A DNA stretch of 64,000 nt, taken from positions 100,690,001-100,754,000 of the forward strand of contig NC_058373.1 in NCBI RefSeq assembly GCF_018350175.1, in the 5' to 3' direction. Shown here in pieces: positions 11,632-24,099 of the stretch. The notes beneath the pieces were generated by a model. That model was not told the origin of the DNA, did not search any database, and saw only the letters and a list, made by a program, of their open reading frames with translations. The DNA comes from Felis catus. Lineage: Eukaryota. Each line of letters starts with the position of its first letter. Position 1 is the stretch's first letter. Both the position numbers and the translations under genes were made by a program.

Positions 11632-11761
11632 AGGTGAGGTATTCATGATACTAAGTTGATTTCCAGGAGAGTTTGGATAACTTCCAATGCCATTAGCTAT
11701 AAAATTATGTGCCAAGTTATCCAAACCTCCTCTGGATTTCATTGGAAGGTCATACCTACCT
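11632..11761. repeat. ~130-bp imperfect palindrome (MITE-like)
   Basis: Perfect 13-bp inverted repeat gtttggataactt (11671-11683) and aagttatccaaac (11714-11726). Pairing extends imperfectly outward to aggtgaggtat / atacctacct. Confidence 0.8.
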
Positions 11762-12005
11762 TTGCCATTTTTGCTCTTGCCCTTCTTCAGCTTAGCCAAC
11801 AGGCCTTGAACCCAGAGGCATTACCCCAAAGTGAGCTGTCCTCTCTGTGCTGTGGGCATGGCCTATGCTGAGGCCGTCCCAACTCTCATCACTTATCCCT
11901 TTGCCCCAGCATCTTGATAGGCATGTCAGGGAAAGCATATTGGGGGGGACTGAAGCCAGTATCCCATTACATATTTATAGTTGGAAATACTAAACTTAAA
12001 ATACT

Positions 12006-12222
12006 GGGGCACCTGGGTAGCTCAGTCAGTTAAGTGTCCCACTCTTGATTTTGGCTCAGGTCATGATCTCACGGTTCATGAGATGAGCCCTGCGTGGGGC
12101 TCTGTGCAGACAGTGCAGAGCCTGCTTGGGATTCTCTCTCTCCCTCTTCCTGTCTTTCCCTGGTTTGTATGCATGCACTTGCATGCCCCCCTCAAAATAA
12201 ATAAATAAACATTAAAAAAAAG
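12006..12222 (+). mobile_element. Can-SINE
   Basis: 'ggggcacctgggtagctcagtcagttaag' head and A-rich tail. Confidence 0.93.
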
Positions 12223-13412
12223 ATGTTAATCAGTGACTAAAAGTTTTGAGATTTTGCACCAAAAGTCAGATTTCTTGAGTGTGGGTGTAGTTATTCCTTC
12301 ATTTTATACCATGTGAAGGTGTCACATGTTGCCCATACTTTGCCTTAAGCCCACCAGTTTTCTACTGGTGGGTGTGGCTTCAACTGCTACTCACAACTGC
12401 TCAAGTGCAGCTTACTGCCCTTACCTTCCCCATTGGCTATTTGCCCTGTCTTTTGTAGTCAAAGTCCAAGAGAAATGATATCTTTACCTTCTAGTTTCAC
12501 TTTCCATTGAGCCCGTGAATGTCTCATGACCCGTGACCCTTCCGCAACAGTCACAAGACAGTAATGAGGTGTGTTAGAGACACTGGTGAGTATCTCAACT
12601 CAGCAAGTGGCTAAGCTGATTTGCTGTTTCTTGCCTCTTCATTGAAAATTGATGCCTTAACCCATTTCCTTGGCTATGGCTTTGGGTTATTATGGTGGTG
12701 ATTGTGGTCCTTTAGTCTGGTTACATTGTTTCCATGTAAACATTTCTCGCGTTTCGGCCTTGTCCAAGTTCCTGCTACCTGATGTTGTTGCAGATAAGGC
12801 CAACATTTCCCATGGCCTGACACGGCCTCCATCAGCTGAGGCTGAAGAGCAGTGGCCCTTGCAGGACAGGACTGGCATGTGCCAGTTCACCTCAGGCAAC
12901 ACCCAGTCCACATTGCCCACTTAGAATGCTACTTTGGCCATGACATTTGAATTTGCAAAGCTTGAACAGGTTCGTTACCCTCCACCTGCATGCCTGTAGG
13001 CTCTCCGTCTACCTGTATTCTCCTGCGTCCCTAGGACTGTGTCTTACATTTACTAATCTGTGACTGCTCTTGTTTTTGCCATTCTGAGCTAGGTGCTACC
13101 ACCACAGCTGCTGTTATTGGTGCTTTCTGGGGGACAGATGTTTACCAATGACCCACCCCCCCCCCGCCCCGCCCCGCCATTAAGGCTATTTGTTCAATGC
13201 TGTGATGGTTCTAACTCTGCTGGGTGCAGGGCCACATTTTATCTTCCCTCCTGTCAACCTCTGTTAGATGGGTCTTACAATAGGTTGCTGGGCCCTGATT
13301 GCTACATAGTTTGATGAGAGCTCCGAAGTCACATACACTCAGATGTACCCTGACACAGCTATGGGGCTGTGAAGGCAGGTTCAAGAGATAGTATTATGCC
13401 ATTTCGGTATCT

Positions 13413-13645
13413 ATTTTTTTATTAAAAATTTTTTTTAAATTTTAATTTAATTATTTATTTGGAGAGAAAGAGCAAGAGAGCATGAGTGGGGTAGAGGCAG
13501 AGAGAAGGGAGGCAGAGAATCTCCAGCAGGCTCCATGCTGTCAGCTAAGAGCCCAAAGCAGGGCTCAAACTCACAAACCACGAGATCATGAACTAAGCAG
13601 AAATAGAGTCAGATGCTTAATCGACTGAGCCACCCAAGTGACCAG
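13413..13645 (-). mobile_element. Can-SINE
   Basis: SINEC body; TSD gccatttc(g/t)gtatct. Confidence 0.92.
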
Positions 13646-14959
13646 CCATTTCTGTATCTCCCTGTGTTTGCCCTGTGGTGGAGTCTGGCTTCTTTTAGGA
13701 TGATTTTCTTGCAGAGCCCTGAAAGTGAACCCTTTTCAATTGGACTCTATTGGATTTCCCTGAGCTACTTCTTGGTATTTAAAAACCCCACTTGTGGTTT
13801 TCCACGGTCTCCTCAGGAAGTTTCTCAGCCTCCATAAAAACTGGAGAATGCAATAGATATGGGAAAGGAGAATGGACTACCCTTACCTCCAGAGACCTGA
13901 ACCATTTATATCTCAGCCTCATCCCACAAAGCACTCCTTTGATATTCATGAAGTATATAGTATAGCATCTTGTTCTCCAAAACATGCTGCAACAATGTAT
14001 CTGATTCATGCCGGTGCCCCCTAAGTGCCTGGCACGGGACCTTCTTCGTAACTGGTATTTATGTTTTAATTAAATTAGTACATGTTTGATGGAATAAAGG
14101 TATGTTTTAAAGACAAGGAAGAGAGCTGGGTATAGCTAAGTTGAGGTTAGATTTCACCAGTTTTCATTTTGTGTTTTCGGTTACAAAGTTATTCAGTCCT
14201 AACTTAAAATGCTTAAGGGGCTTTTAAGTCATCTGAATAACAATGTTTTCTGGACTGGAAAGATGGGGCTGGTTGGTGGCCAAATATGGCAGAGCAAATC
14301 ATTATCAATTGATATTAAATGAAAAGTTAGGTTTAAGATGGGGTGTATAGCACGATCTCATTTAAAAAATATTTTTGCATAGAGAAAAGAAGGACTACAG
14401 GACATATGGCATGAATATTAACATTACTCCCTAATAAATGAGAGGCATGATTATGGTTCATGTTTATCTTTTCTTTTTGATTACCTCTAGTTCCCTAAAA
14501 TTACAACAATGGACATATGTTATTTTTGCAATAAAATGTTCAATATAATAGCTTTAAAAGTTTTATTTTATTATATTTATATTTTATTATAGCAACAAGG
14601 ATGCAATAGAGTGTAGAATATTGAGCCCCTCTGGGTTGTTCCTTGTTTGAAAACAAATGCTTACCTGAAGGAATTCTATTCCTAAAAAATTCTAATAGAA
14701 AAGTGTATGAGGCATCTTAGCTCTCCCCCCCTGGGAGGAAATACTGGGAAGTTATATTGTTTTTCAAAGAAATAGCCTTGGCATCTTCTATATAAAACAG
14801 AATGGGTAGCTTTTCCTCAGGCTTTTTGCATACTGGGGGAAAAAACACAGAAATGTTCTCACAAAATTTCAAATGACCTTTGTGCCAAAGGAAGGGTATT
14901 TTTACTAGGGGAGTCCCATGAAATACTTTGTATCATCATTATCATTATTCATAACAATA

Positions 14960-15545
14960 GCAGTATAGCATTGTGATAAAGATCATGGCCTTGGCATCCC
15001 ACAGTCAAGTTTGAATCCTGGCTGTTACCTACTATGTCATCCTGAGCCAACCATTTACCTTTATTATTGTGACCTTCCTAATTTATTTTATTTTAATTTA
15101 AAATATTTTTAAAGATTTAGTTATGTAAGTAATCTCTACATCCAAGATGGGGCTCGAACTCATGATCCCAAGATTAAGAGTCACAAGCTCTTCTGACTGA
15201 GCCAGCCAGGCACCCCAGCTTCCTAATTTTTAAACTGATAGTAGGAATGCCTGAGTGGCTCGGTAGGTTGAGTGTTGGACTTCAGCTCAGGTCATGATCT
15301 CGTGGTTCATGAGCTTGAGCCCCGCGTTGGGCTCTGTGCTGACAGCTCAGAGCCTGGATACTGCTTCAGATTCTGTGTCTCCCTCCCTCTCTGCCCTTCC
15401 CCTACTCGCACTCTGTTTCTCTCTCTCGAAAATAAATGAAACATTAAATAAAAATAAACTGATAGATAATAATGTCAACTTGATAGGGTTCTTGTGAGAA
15501 CTAACTGAGGTAATGTAGGTAAAGAACATATGCTTTTGACTACTA
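14960..15545 (+). mobile_element. MIR interrupted by two head-to-head Can-SINEs (short, minus, ~15085-15216; full, plus, ~15243-15455)
   Basis: MIR 5' half 'cagtatagcattgtgataaagatcatggcc...tttgaatcctggct' and 3' half 'tagggttcttgtgaga...atgtaggtaaag'. SINE TSDs 'cttcctaattt' and 'taaactgatag'. Confidence 0.8.
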
Positions 15546-15942
15546 CTAATAATAATCATTCAGTACAAGTAGGTATTGCTGATAAACTATAATAATAGCA
15601 ATTGGTGCTATCACTTATTGATTTGTATTATATCAAAGTCAGCATTTTATTCTACTTGTATCTTGTTTTTACTTGTTCCTTTAATTAACTTTATGACACG
15701 GATGAGAAAACTGAGCCCCAGAGAATAAGGTAAAGAAATGGGTAATGAAAAAATCTAAGGTTGAAATTTGAACCAATATCAACCTGATTTGAATATTTCT
15801 TTATGTATATCAATATTCCACAGGATTAAATATTGATAAAATATTAGTGATCATAATGATTCATTTTTAGTAATTATCAATAATATAGTTTGACTACCTT
15901 CTCAGGAAAACTCTGAAAACAATGATAGGAAAAAAATTTATC

Positions 15943-15961
15943 TGACCACCAGGTGGCGCTT
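15943..15961 (+). promoter_or_regulatory. Candidate CTCF binding site
   Basis: TGACCACCAGGTGGCGCTT closely matches the CTCF core consensus TGGCCACCAGG(G/T)GGCGCT. It retains its CpG in AT-rich, non-repetitive surroundings. Confidence 0.7.
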
Positions 15962-16789
15962 GACCAAGGTTCTGCAATTACACTTACCCCTCAGAGCCCT
16001 TCACATTAGCTACATCTAAAGTGAAATAAATAGTTTGCCAGGTTCCACGTGGGGAGAATTAACAAAGGGCAGCAGTTTATAAAATGAAGTAAATGCGTTT
16101 ATTTTTGAGATAGAGCCTATTTTATATAGTCTATATGGAAAAATACGGGAATAACCCTTTGGACTATTTTGGGACTTAACATCCTTAGGCACACAATTTA
16201 CTTAATGGATGTAATCCAGTTTGATATGTATTAAAATAGCATCTGGCTTAATAATTTTGATGGTAACTCTGGATTTAATATGATTTTAATGTGCTCAGTT
16301 ATAATTCTTGAAACTTGAGATTTATGGTAGAAATGGCAGGTGGCCATTAATTCTGGTTACAAAGTAGAGCAAGGGCATCTATGTTATTGCCCCTGAAGGA
16401 ACTGAGCAAGTGCACACCTCTTTTCCATAAAGATGTAGTGTGATTAAATAAAAGCCAGTATGCTGCCATTTAACGTGTAGTTCAACAACTGAGCACTTGT
16501 AGGGAGTATAATTTTTGCTCTGTTAGTCTTGGTACTTTCTGCAGTTTGTAAGTCTACCAAATCTGTTCTTCTAGGCACTTAATTAACCTGTAGCACGTTG
16601 TGTCAATTGTAATTACAAGAATGTGCACGGTCATTACATATTTGAAACGAGTTTAGAATATTTGTAGTTTAAATCTGCCAATAGAGAAAATATCCTACAA
16701 TGTTGAGAGAGGAAATGTGAAATGAGAAGGATAAATTCTGAGTTATCAAAAATTGAATTATTCAGTTTTTAGATTATGTGAGTCATTTT

Positions 16790-17270
16790 GCTTCTCATTC
16801 ACTCGACAATTATGAATTGGCACAGAGTTTAACAAATAAATGTCGAAAGGATAAATAATGAATGAGTGCTTCTCATGTGCAAAGTGCAGATCAGAGGCTG
16901 TGGGGAAAATAAAACAATAGTTTCCATGACCTCTGATCTCTAGGAAGTTTGTGATATAGTTGGAAGATCAGAGGCATAAAAAACAGGAGAAATAACATTA
17001 AGTGTGAAGTAACAATAAAAGGCATCATAAGGAAGATATATTGTACTGAATGCTACATAGGATGACTGCCATAAATTTGAAGGAGAGAAGGATTTCTTTG
17101 GACATCTGTGGTCAGGAAAGGCTTTCTGGAGGAGGTGGGACATAAGCTGGTCTTAAAAGGTAGGAAAGTTGGAGGAAGAAGATGTCACTTCCCAATGGTG
17201 AAGGAAATAGAAGATAAAAGAATGAAGTGAATCAAACCAATGTAATGAAGATGAGACTATATAGCACATG
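16790..17270 (-). mobile_element. L2 3' fragment
   Basis: Antisense L2 features such as 'tcaggaaaggctttctggaggaggtgggacataagctggtcttaaaagg' and 'gagtgcttctcatgtgcaaag'. Confidence 0.6.
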
Positions 17271-17766
17271 GGTACGTGTGGTGGTAGAGACAGCAGGCAT
17301 GTTAACAAGTATACGGGCCCATGCTTTTCAGACTACAGTATTCACCTCCCTAGTGGACTTCTTGGCCCTCTCATATAAATGGGGAGCATTTCCTCTCCTC
17401 CAACTTAAACTTAAAAAATGTGAAGGATAAATGTGAAACAATTTAACTGGCAAGTCTTAATATTAAAACAAATGTGGATGTACTATGGAGGAGAGCTGAA
17501 GAGACAGAAGTCCTGAAAGTTTCTGACTTGCCCAAGGTTGTAGAACTTGTTCAGAGGACAAGCCGAGCTGGAATGGCCCATGGAGAAAGTTGTCCTTAGC
17601 TTTGAATATCATTTTGCTTTTGCCCCACCATTATTTATTTTTATATTCTCTGACAAATCTGCCAAAAAGTGGTCAGGGAAAATAATAAAAGGAATTTGAA
17701 CAAACTCATCATTTTTTCCCCCTTGTTCATACCTCTTGTGTAAGGATTAAGAAACATTACATCATA

Positions 17767-18393
17767 TGGGAATGCAAGCTGGTGCAGCTACTCTGGAAAA
17801 CAGTATGGAGGTTCTTCAAAAAAACTAAAACTAGAACTACCCTACGACCCAGCAATTGCACTACTAGGCATTTATCCAAGGGATACAGGTGTGCTGTTTC
17901 GAAGGGACACATGCACCCCCATGTTTATAGCAGCACTATCAACAATAGCCAAAGTATGGAAAGAGCCTAAATGCCCATCAATGGATGAATGGATAAAGAA
18001 GATGAGGTATCGAGTATTACTCAGCAATCAAAAAGAATGAAATCTTGCCATTTGCAACTACATGGATGGAACTGAAGGGTATTATGCTAAGTGAAATCAG
18101 TCAGTCAGAGAAAGACAAAAATCATATGACTTCACTCATATGAGGACTTTAAGAGGCAAAACAGATGAACATAAGGGAAGGGAAACAAAAATAATATAAA
18201 ACAGGAAGGGGGAAAAAACAGAAGAGACTCTTAAATATGGAGAACAAACTGAGGGTTACTGGAGGGGTTATGGGGGAGGCGATGGGCTAAATGGGTAAGG
18301 GGCAGTAAGGAATCTACTCCTGAAATCATTGTTGCACTATATGCTAACTAATTTGGATGTAAATTTAAAAAGATAAAAAATAATATTAAAAAC
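17767..18393 (+). mobile_element. 5'-truncated young L1 (ORF2 C-terminus plus 3'UTR)
   Basis: L1 3' end with A-rich tail. Perfect 18-bp TSD aagaaacattacatcata (17749-17766 and 18394-18411). Confidence 0.95.
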
Positions 18394-18801
18394 AAGAAAC
18401 ATTACATCATAGATAAAATAAAGTTTTAAAATAATTTGTTATTTACAAACTTCCGTGTGTTCCCTGACCTTTATTGTTATCAGAGACAGATTACTAGTAA
18501 AAACGTACTGTAATGACTACTAATAGGAAGATTGTATATATTTTTCAGATCTAGGACACATTTGATTTTGGGGAAGAAACAACTGATTCACTTGGCAGAT
18601 GTACTAGATGAACACAGCCAATTCAAATACTTTTCTGGGCCCTGAAAAATAGCCCTCTATCTTTATGATGACCTGGCTGGAAAGAGTCTTGAATGTCAGG
18701 TGGGTGGGCTGGATTTCTTTTGTAGTCATAGGGCAAACCTCTGAAGACATTTCCAGAATGTCTTTTCAGCAGAATGCTTTTAAGGGTTGAATTAAAATCT
18801 A

Positions 18802-19013
18802 GGGGCATCTGGGTGGTTCAGTTGGTTGAGTGTCTGACTCTTGATCTTGGCTGAAGTCATGATCTCATGGTTTGTGAGATTGAGCCCTGTGTCAGGCTCT
18901 GTGCCGACAGTGCAGAGTCTGCTTGGGATTCTCTCTCTCCCTCTCCCCCTCCCCTGCTCATGTTTCTCTCCCTCTCTCTCTCTCTCAAGATAAATTAATA
19001 AACTTTAAAAAAA
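18802..19013 (+). mobile_element. Can-SINE
   Basis: SINEC head, CT tract and A tail. Confidence 0.92.
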
Positions 19014-19486
19014 GTCTATAGAAAGCAACTGAGAAATGCTACATTATTAGTATCCAAAAGGTAAGGGTACGATTTGGTTTCAGGGTTTCAAGTGACTTGT
19101 GAACTCATTTGCAAATATACATGGTACCCTCTGAGGTAATTGTGTCCTGACTTGCCTCTCAGAAATTCTGGAAGCAAAGGAAAGAGAGCAAAGTAATGCA
19201 TGTTTTGGTTTGAACCCTTAGAGTGTTGCAGAAAAAGATGCTGATGATTTGAATGAAGATCCAAGGTGAGATTTAAGACAAAATGTTCCGCCATGGAGAC
19301 GTGGGGTGTAAGGCAGACCTGTGGGTCCAGTCTACCCTGCTCTAACCTGTTTCCCCCTGCTCCACACCCTGTGAATAAGGACAGCTTCCAAGCCTTCTGG
19401 CTCTGCTTCTACTTGTTCCTTTGGGAATTTGAACCTCCTGGTTTCCACAAATGATTCTGAAAGCCCTCAGAGGGGTATATCACTAA

Positions 19487-19981
19487 GTATATGATTTTCC
19501 AATTGCAGCTGTAGCAAATTATCACACACTTAGCGGCTTAAAACCACACACATTTATTATCTTATAGTTCTGGAGGTCAGAAGCCTAAAATGGGTCAGCA
19601 GAGCCATGCTCCCTCCAGAGGCTCTACAGGAGAACCTATTTCCTTGTCTTTTCCTGGCTTTTAAAGGCCCCCTGCAGTCCTTGGCTTGGGGTCCCCACTC
19701 TCCATTTTCAAAGCCAGCAGTGTAGCATCTTCAAAGCTCTCTCTGACCTCTGCTTCTGCTGTCAGATCTCCTCTGGTTCCAACCCTCCTGCCTTCCTCTG
19801 ATAAGCACCCCCGTGATTACACTGGGCCCTCCCGACTAATCCAGGATAAACCTCCCATCTCAAGATCCTCTACTTCCTCACATCCACAAAGTCCCTTTTG
19901 CCATGCAAGGCAACATATTCACAGGTTCTGGAAATTAGGACATGGCAATCTTTAGGGGTTGATTAGTCAGACGGCCATAAC
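19487..19981 (-). mobile_element. MaLR solo LTR (MLT1B/C-like)
   Basis: 'gcggcttaaaaccacacacatttattatcttatagttctggaggtcagaagcc...catattcacaggttctggaaattaggacatgg'. Confidence 0.85.
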
Positions 19982-21696
19982 CAGTGCTCTGAGAACGAAT
20001 TCTCTTGGTCACAACAGAGGCCTGTTATTTTCTTTGTCTTATTCTGGGTCACCGTAATGTGGCTTTAGTCCCCGCTGAGGTTTCTTTTCCACCAGTGGCA
20101 ACAGTAGCCTTGGTGCCACTACAGATGCCCCTCCCCCTGCACGGGCACGATGTCTTGGTGGAAACTGCCCCTCTCCAAGACCGAGGGTGGTGCTGTCGGT
20201 CCCCACACTGCCAAGGCCACTGCTGCCTTGTTGCCACTACCATCAATGCGGCCATTACTGCAAAGGGGACCGTTAATGTCAACACACTTCCGGTGTTTCT
20301 CTATCCTCTTGGGAATTGGTTGTGAGTCTGGGAAGGGGGCTACAAGATACGCGGAGCGGCGGGCACCGTGTTCTGTCAACAAGCACACCTCCTATGGGTC
20401 TTGAACCAGCTTGTCTCTTTCGCCTTGGGATCAGTCTTTCCCGCAGGCTCCTCGGTCCCTCCTCACACCGCCACTGCTCCTTCCAGGCTCAGATATTTTG
20501 GAATCCTAATATAAACACAGCTGGGACTCAGGCTGCTCCAGAACACAGGCTTCTCTGAGGCTACCTTCCCAAGTGTTTACATTCCATGCTTGAAGAGCTG
20601 GCTCCTTCGCGAAACTCGGGGGAAAGAAAGTCAGTACAGTTCTTAATTTTTCACACTTTCTACCTAGTCTAGGGTTAAGCATCTGGATCTCATTGGATGC
20701 CATTCGTCCTAATTTAGCACTTCCTATTAATTTTGTAAGGGATTACTATTGAAATACATAATTTAGTAACTTCAGATTTTACAAGCCATGTCAAGTGCCA
20801 TACCAAATAGGGTTTGACTGGATTTATTACTGTTGAAAAGGAAATCTTTGATTTCACCCCTCCTAGCTACTATTGATTCATTTCGTACTAGAGTGTGTGA
20901 AATTACAGCTATAGAAAACATGTTTTTTTTTTCTTCCTCCCTTGATCTGGTTGGAGTAAATGTTTTCACTTCATGAAATAAACAGTGAAAGGCTTTTCAT
21001 GAATTTGTATGCATTTTTAGTGAGTTTTGTTTCTCCTGATGGACTGTATTAATACTTTACATGTCTTCCTCCCAGGAAAGTGAGGAACCTGAGATCCTAC
21101 ACCAGCTTCAGTTTATCCAGTAGGAATTAATATTGATAATGTTCATGACAGTGGCTAAACTTCTGGTTTTGTAGGCTGACCTGGCAGAGGAGGCCAGTTG
21201 AAGACAGGCTAGGCATTGTTGCGCTAGGGAGTTTCCCTGTACATCTTTTAGTTTCTTCAGTTTCAGGGTGAGGCCACAGGTTTCTGATGACTCAGGAATA
21301 TGTGTGCAAGTCTTTAAAAAGTACTGAAGGGCATGGAGATGAGGGGTAGGGGTGGTGGGAGAGTTGGGGCTCATGGAGACCACAAGAGGTCCATGAACAG
21401 GGTCTGAGTTATTGGGCTGTAGTTCTTCCACTGACCTTTTCATTGATGGCTAAGATTTGTTTATTGATTCTTAGCCACTTTCTTGGATAAGAACCCTTTC
21501 CTGGGGGTAAGAATCATCTTCTCCATCAAAAAGAGATTGCCAAGTGGAGTTCAGTCTACCCATTTTTGAATATAATTCCTGATATCTTGAAAATGTATAT
21601 TTACTTCGTATTTGTAGTTATACCCAGATGCATGCATGCATATTACTTTTGGGGATGGAGCTGTAGCTGTGTTCCATGAACTGAAACAAAGGACGT

Positions 21697-21716
21697 GTCT
21701 GCCACCTCCTGGACAC
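21697..21716 (-). promoter_or_regulatory. Second candidate CTCF site
   Basis: Reverse complement GTGTCCAGGAGGTGGCAGAC resembles CCAGCAGGTGGCAG. Confidence 0.45.
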
Positions 21717-24098
21717 TCTGAGAAATTCAAAGGATTTTTCCACAGGAAGAGGGCGAGTTTGATAAATTTTGTTTCAAATTTACTTCAACAGATGAGAATT
21801 TAGCCAAGTATTAAACAGATTAATTTCTGCCTTTGTGAAGGCTTGCACGTCTTTGATCATTCAGTCGTTTTAATGAACTCAACGTGGTTGTTTCCGATTT
21901 GGCCTTGAAGTGTTGGCACCTCGCCATGGTCTGAGTGGTGGAGCCTTACTGCCTCCAGCTTGGGTTCCTCAGTTTTGGCAGGGCTTGCCTTCCCACTGAT
22001 GGAAGGTTTACAAAGGAAAAAAATCATTATGTCTGAAATTCTGCCAGGACACATCAGCGTGTTTCCAGGCTGCCATCTATCGTGCAAATCTCTGAAGATT
22101 TAATATTTTTTAAAAAATTGCAATGCACCTGCTCCTAAGGAAAACCATCTTGTCATATGATAGCATGCTTTTATTAAATCAGCGAATTTAAAATTTTATT
22201 TATTAGGGCTTACAACTTGGGTTTCTTCCCTTAGGCTTCCTCATCTCTGTGTTAAGTACAACTTGCTTCCAAGGTCAGCCTCCCACCCTCCATAATTAGC
22301 TCAGAGATTTACCAGGGACTTCTGACACCAGCTTTACCCGGCAAGCTGATCACAACACTATTTGTGGTCATACCCTAAGTGATTCAGCAGCTCTGCTATC
22401 TTTAGACTCTTGTCTCATCCCACACAAAGCTCTTTTCAGACCCCGTTTGACATTCTGATATTGTACTGTGGTCCTGCAGGGTCAGAGAGTATAATGTGGC
22501 GATTCAGTATATATCTTATAGCAGGAAAAGGGCATTCAATGTTTGGCAAAAGGACAGTCTGACGACAAGGAGCGTGCAAGGCAATGTTCAGTGGCTTCTG
22601 CCACTTTTTGGGTAGGAGTGAAACATATCACCCTGAAAAAAATGGCTCCAGAAACACATGAATTTTTTTTCTGTTGGTTTTTAGCTTTTTGGTATCAGGG
22701 TCTCAGACCTGGTTGTGTGTGGCTGTAGGAGAGGCTCTTTTTGGGGATCCCTTCCTTGGTGTACTGTTTTGTGGCAAGTCCACTGAAGCAGGGTTTGTTG
22801 AAGTCAACTTAAGTCATTGAGAAGGTCTGCTTATGTTGTTAAATATCAAAGTTTTGCTGGTGTGCTTGGAAGCTTAAATCCATGAGAGGCTTTTCCAAAT
22901 TTTATCCTCTACTCTTCTTTCCTTTGACTTGTTTCTGTACCGGGTCCAGTTTCAAAAAGTTATTTGTAGCCATCCCGGAAGTGAGAATAATAGAGCACTC
23001 AAGACAAGTGGGATACTGGGTTTGCTTCATGGAATATTTAATACCTAGAGTAGCCTTTCATTTCAGAGCTATTTTAAACCTGGGACCTCACTGGGAGAGC
23101 AAACTGATGGGTAGGACCATAAAAAATAGAAAGTTCGTGTGGACATGATTTACATGCTAGCTATTTACATTTTAGGGAAAAAAAATGACAGCCATAATCT
23201 GTCCCTTGCTGATTAACATGCCATTTATAACTATTAATGACAAGTAAAAACAATAATAAATCCCACCTCTTACCATGTTTCTCAGACCTGGGAGACTTGT
23301 ATTAAGTTTCTTCCAAGTTTACTATCCCACCCCAGACAACTTGAAGGGATAATGATGTCTACATTATCTGGGTTTTAGTAATTTCAAAATTGTGATTATT
23401 TGCTTGAGGCAGTTTGAGAGGAAGTTTATCTTTGCACTGTCTAGGAAGATCTTGTTTGCTAGGCAATTTAATATCATCAAGGGGAGGTGGGATTGTATTG
23501 TGGAGAAGTGCTTTGCGGCATGTGAGGACAGTCTGCTACTCACCAACTGCATGGTCCTGGCTTAAATTTTCTCATCTGGAAAGTGGTTGGTGTAATGTTT
23601 TCTATAGTATCTTCTAATTGTAGAATTCTATAATCTGCCTTCAGAGGAAGGTATGCCATTTGGGGGGTATTTAGAGCATATAGATAACATTCCAACAAAT
23701 TAATCTTGCATCTGCATTTAAATAGGCTTTGAATTATTACATGATCAGTTAAAATATATCCTCTATCCATTTATGTATCTATCTTTCCTCTATCTTTCCA
23801 TTCTTCTACCCACCCATAAATACACACATCAAGCTGGGTTATCAAGTAGGCAGATTAAGCCATTCTTGATCAGTGGTACCAAAAGAGTTTTAGAAAGAAT
23901 TTGGTATTTGATATATGAAAAAATATCATCCTGAAAAAAGTTGACCTTAACAGATTTCCTTACATTTATTTTAGGGGTAAATATTGTATATTTTGGAGGC
24001 AATGGTTCTGTAACTTTTTCATATTTTTAGGGCTTCTATAGATTTTAAATTGGAGATTATACCTTTATCTTGAGTTTTATCTCTATCTCTGTATCTCT

Positions 24099-24099
<1 letters not shown>

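Larger units (their letters stand above)
11500..13390 (-). mobile_element. Ancient ERVL-like (class III) pol remnant: RT thumb/connection, RNase H, integrase N-terminus
   Basis: Degenerate minus-strand motifs in the expected order: RPI...GP..Q (~13230-13285), WVL.EV (~12890-12910), FTWKQ (~12725-12740), FTGS (~12510-12522), GEGKGS...AV (~12390-12430), LVQWSAAQQGGHNG (~11565-11606; compare ERVL 'LAQWAHEQSGHGG'). Confidence 0.55.

Noticed and set aside
18549..18698. Exon-like segment bounded by tttttcag and gtgggt
   Set aside because: Stop codons occur in all three frames and no partner exons are evident; there is no transcript evidence available.
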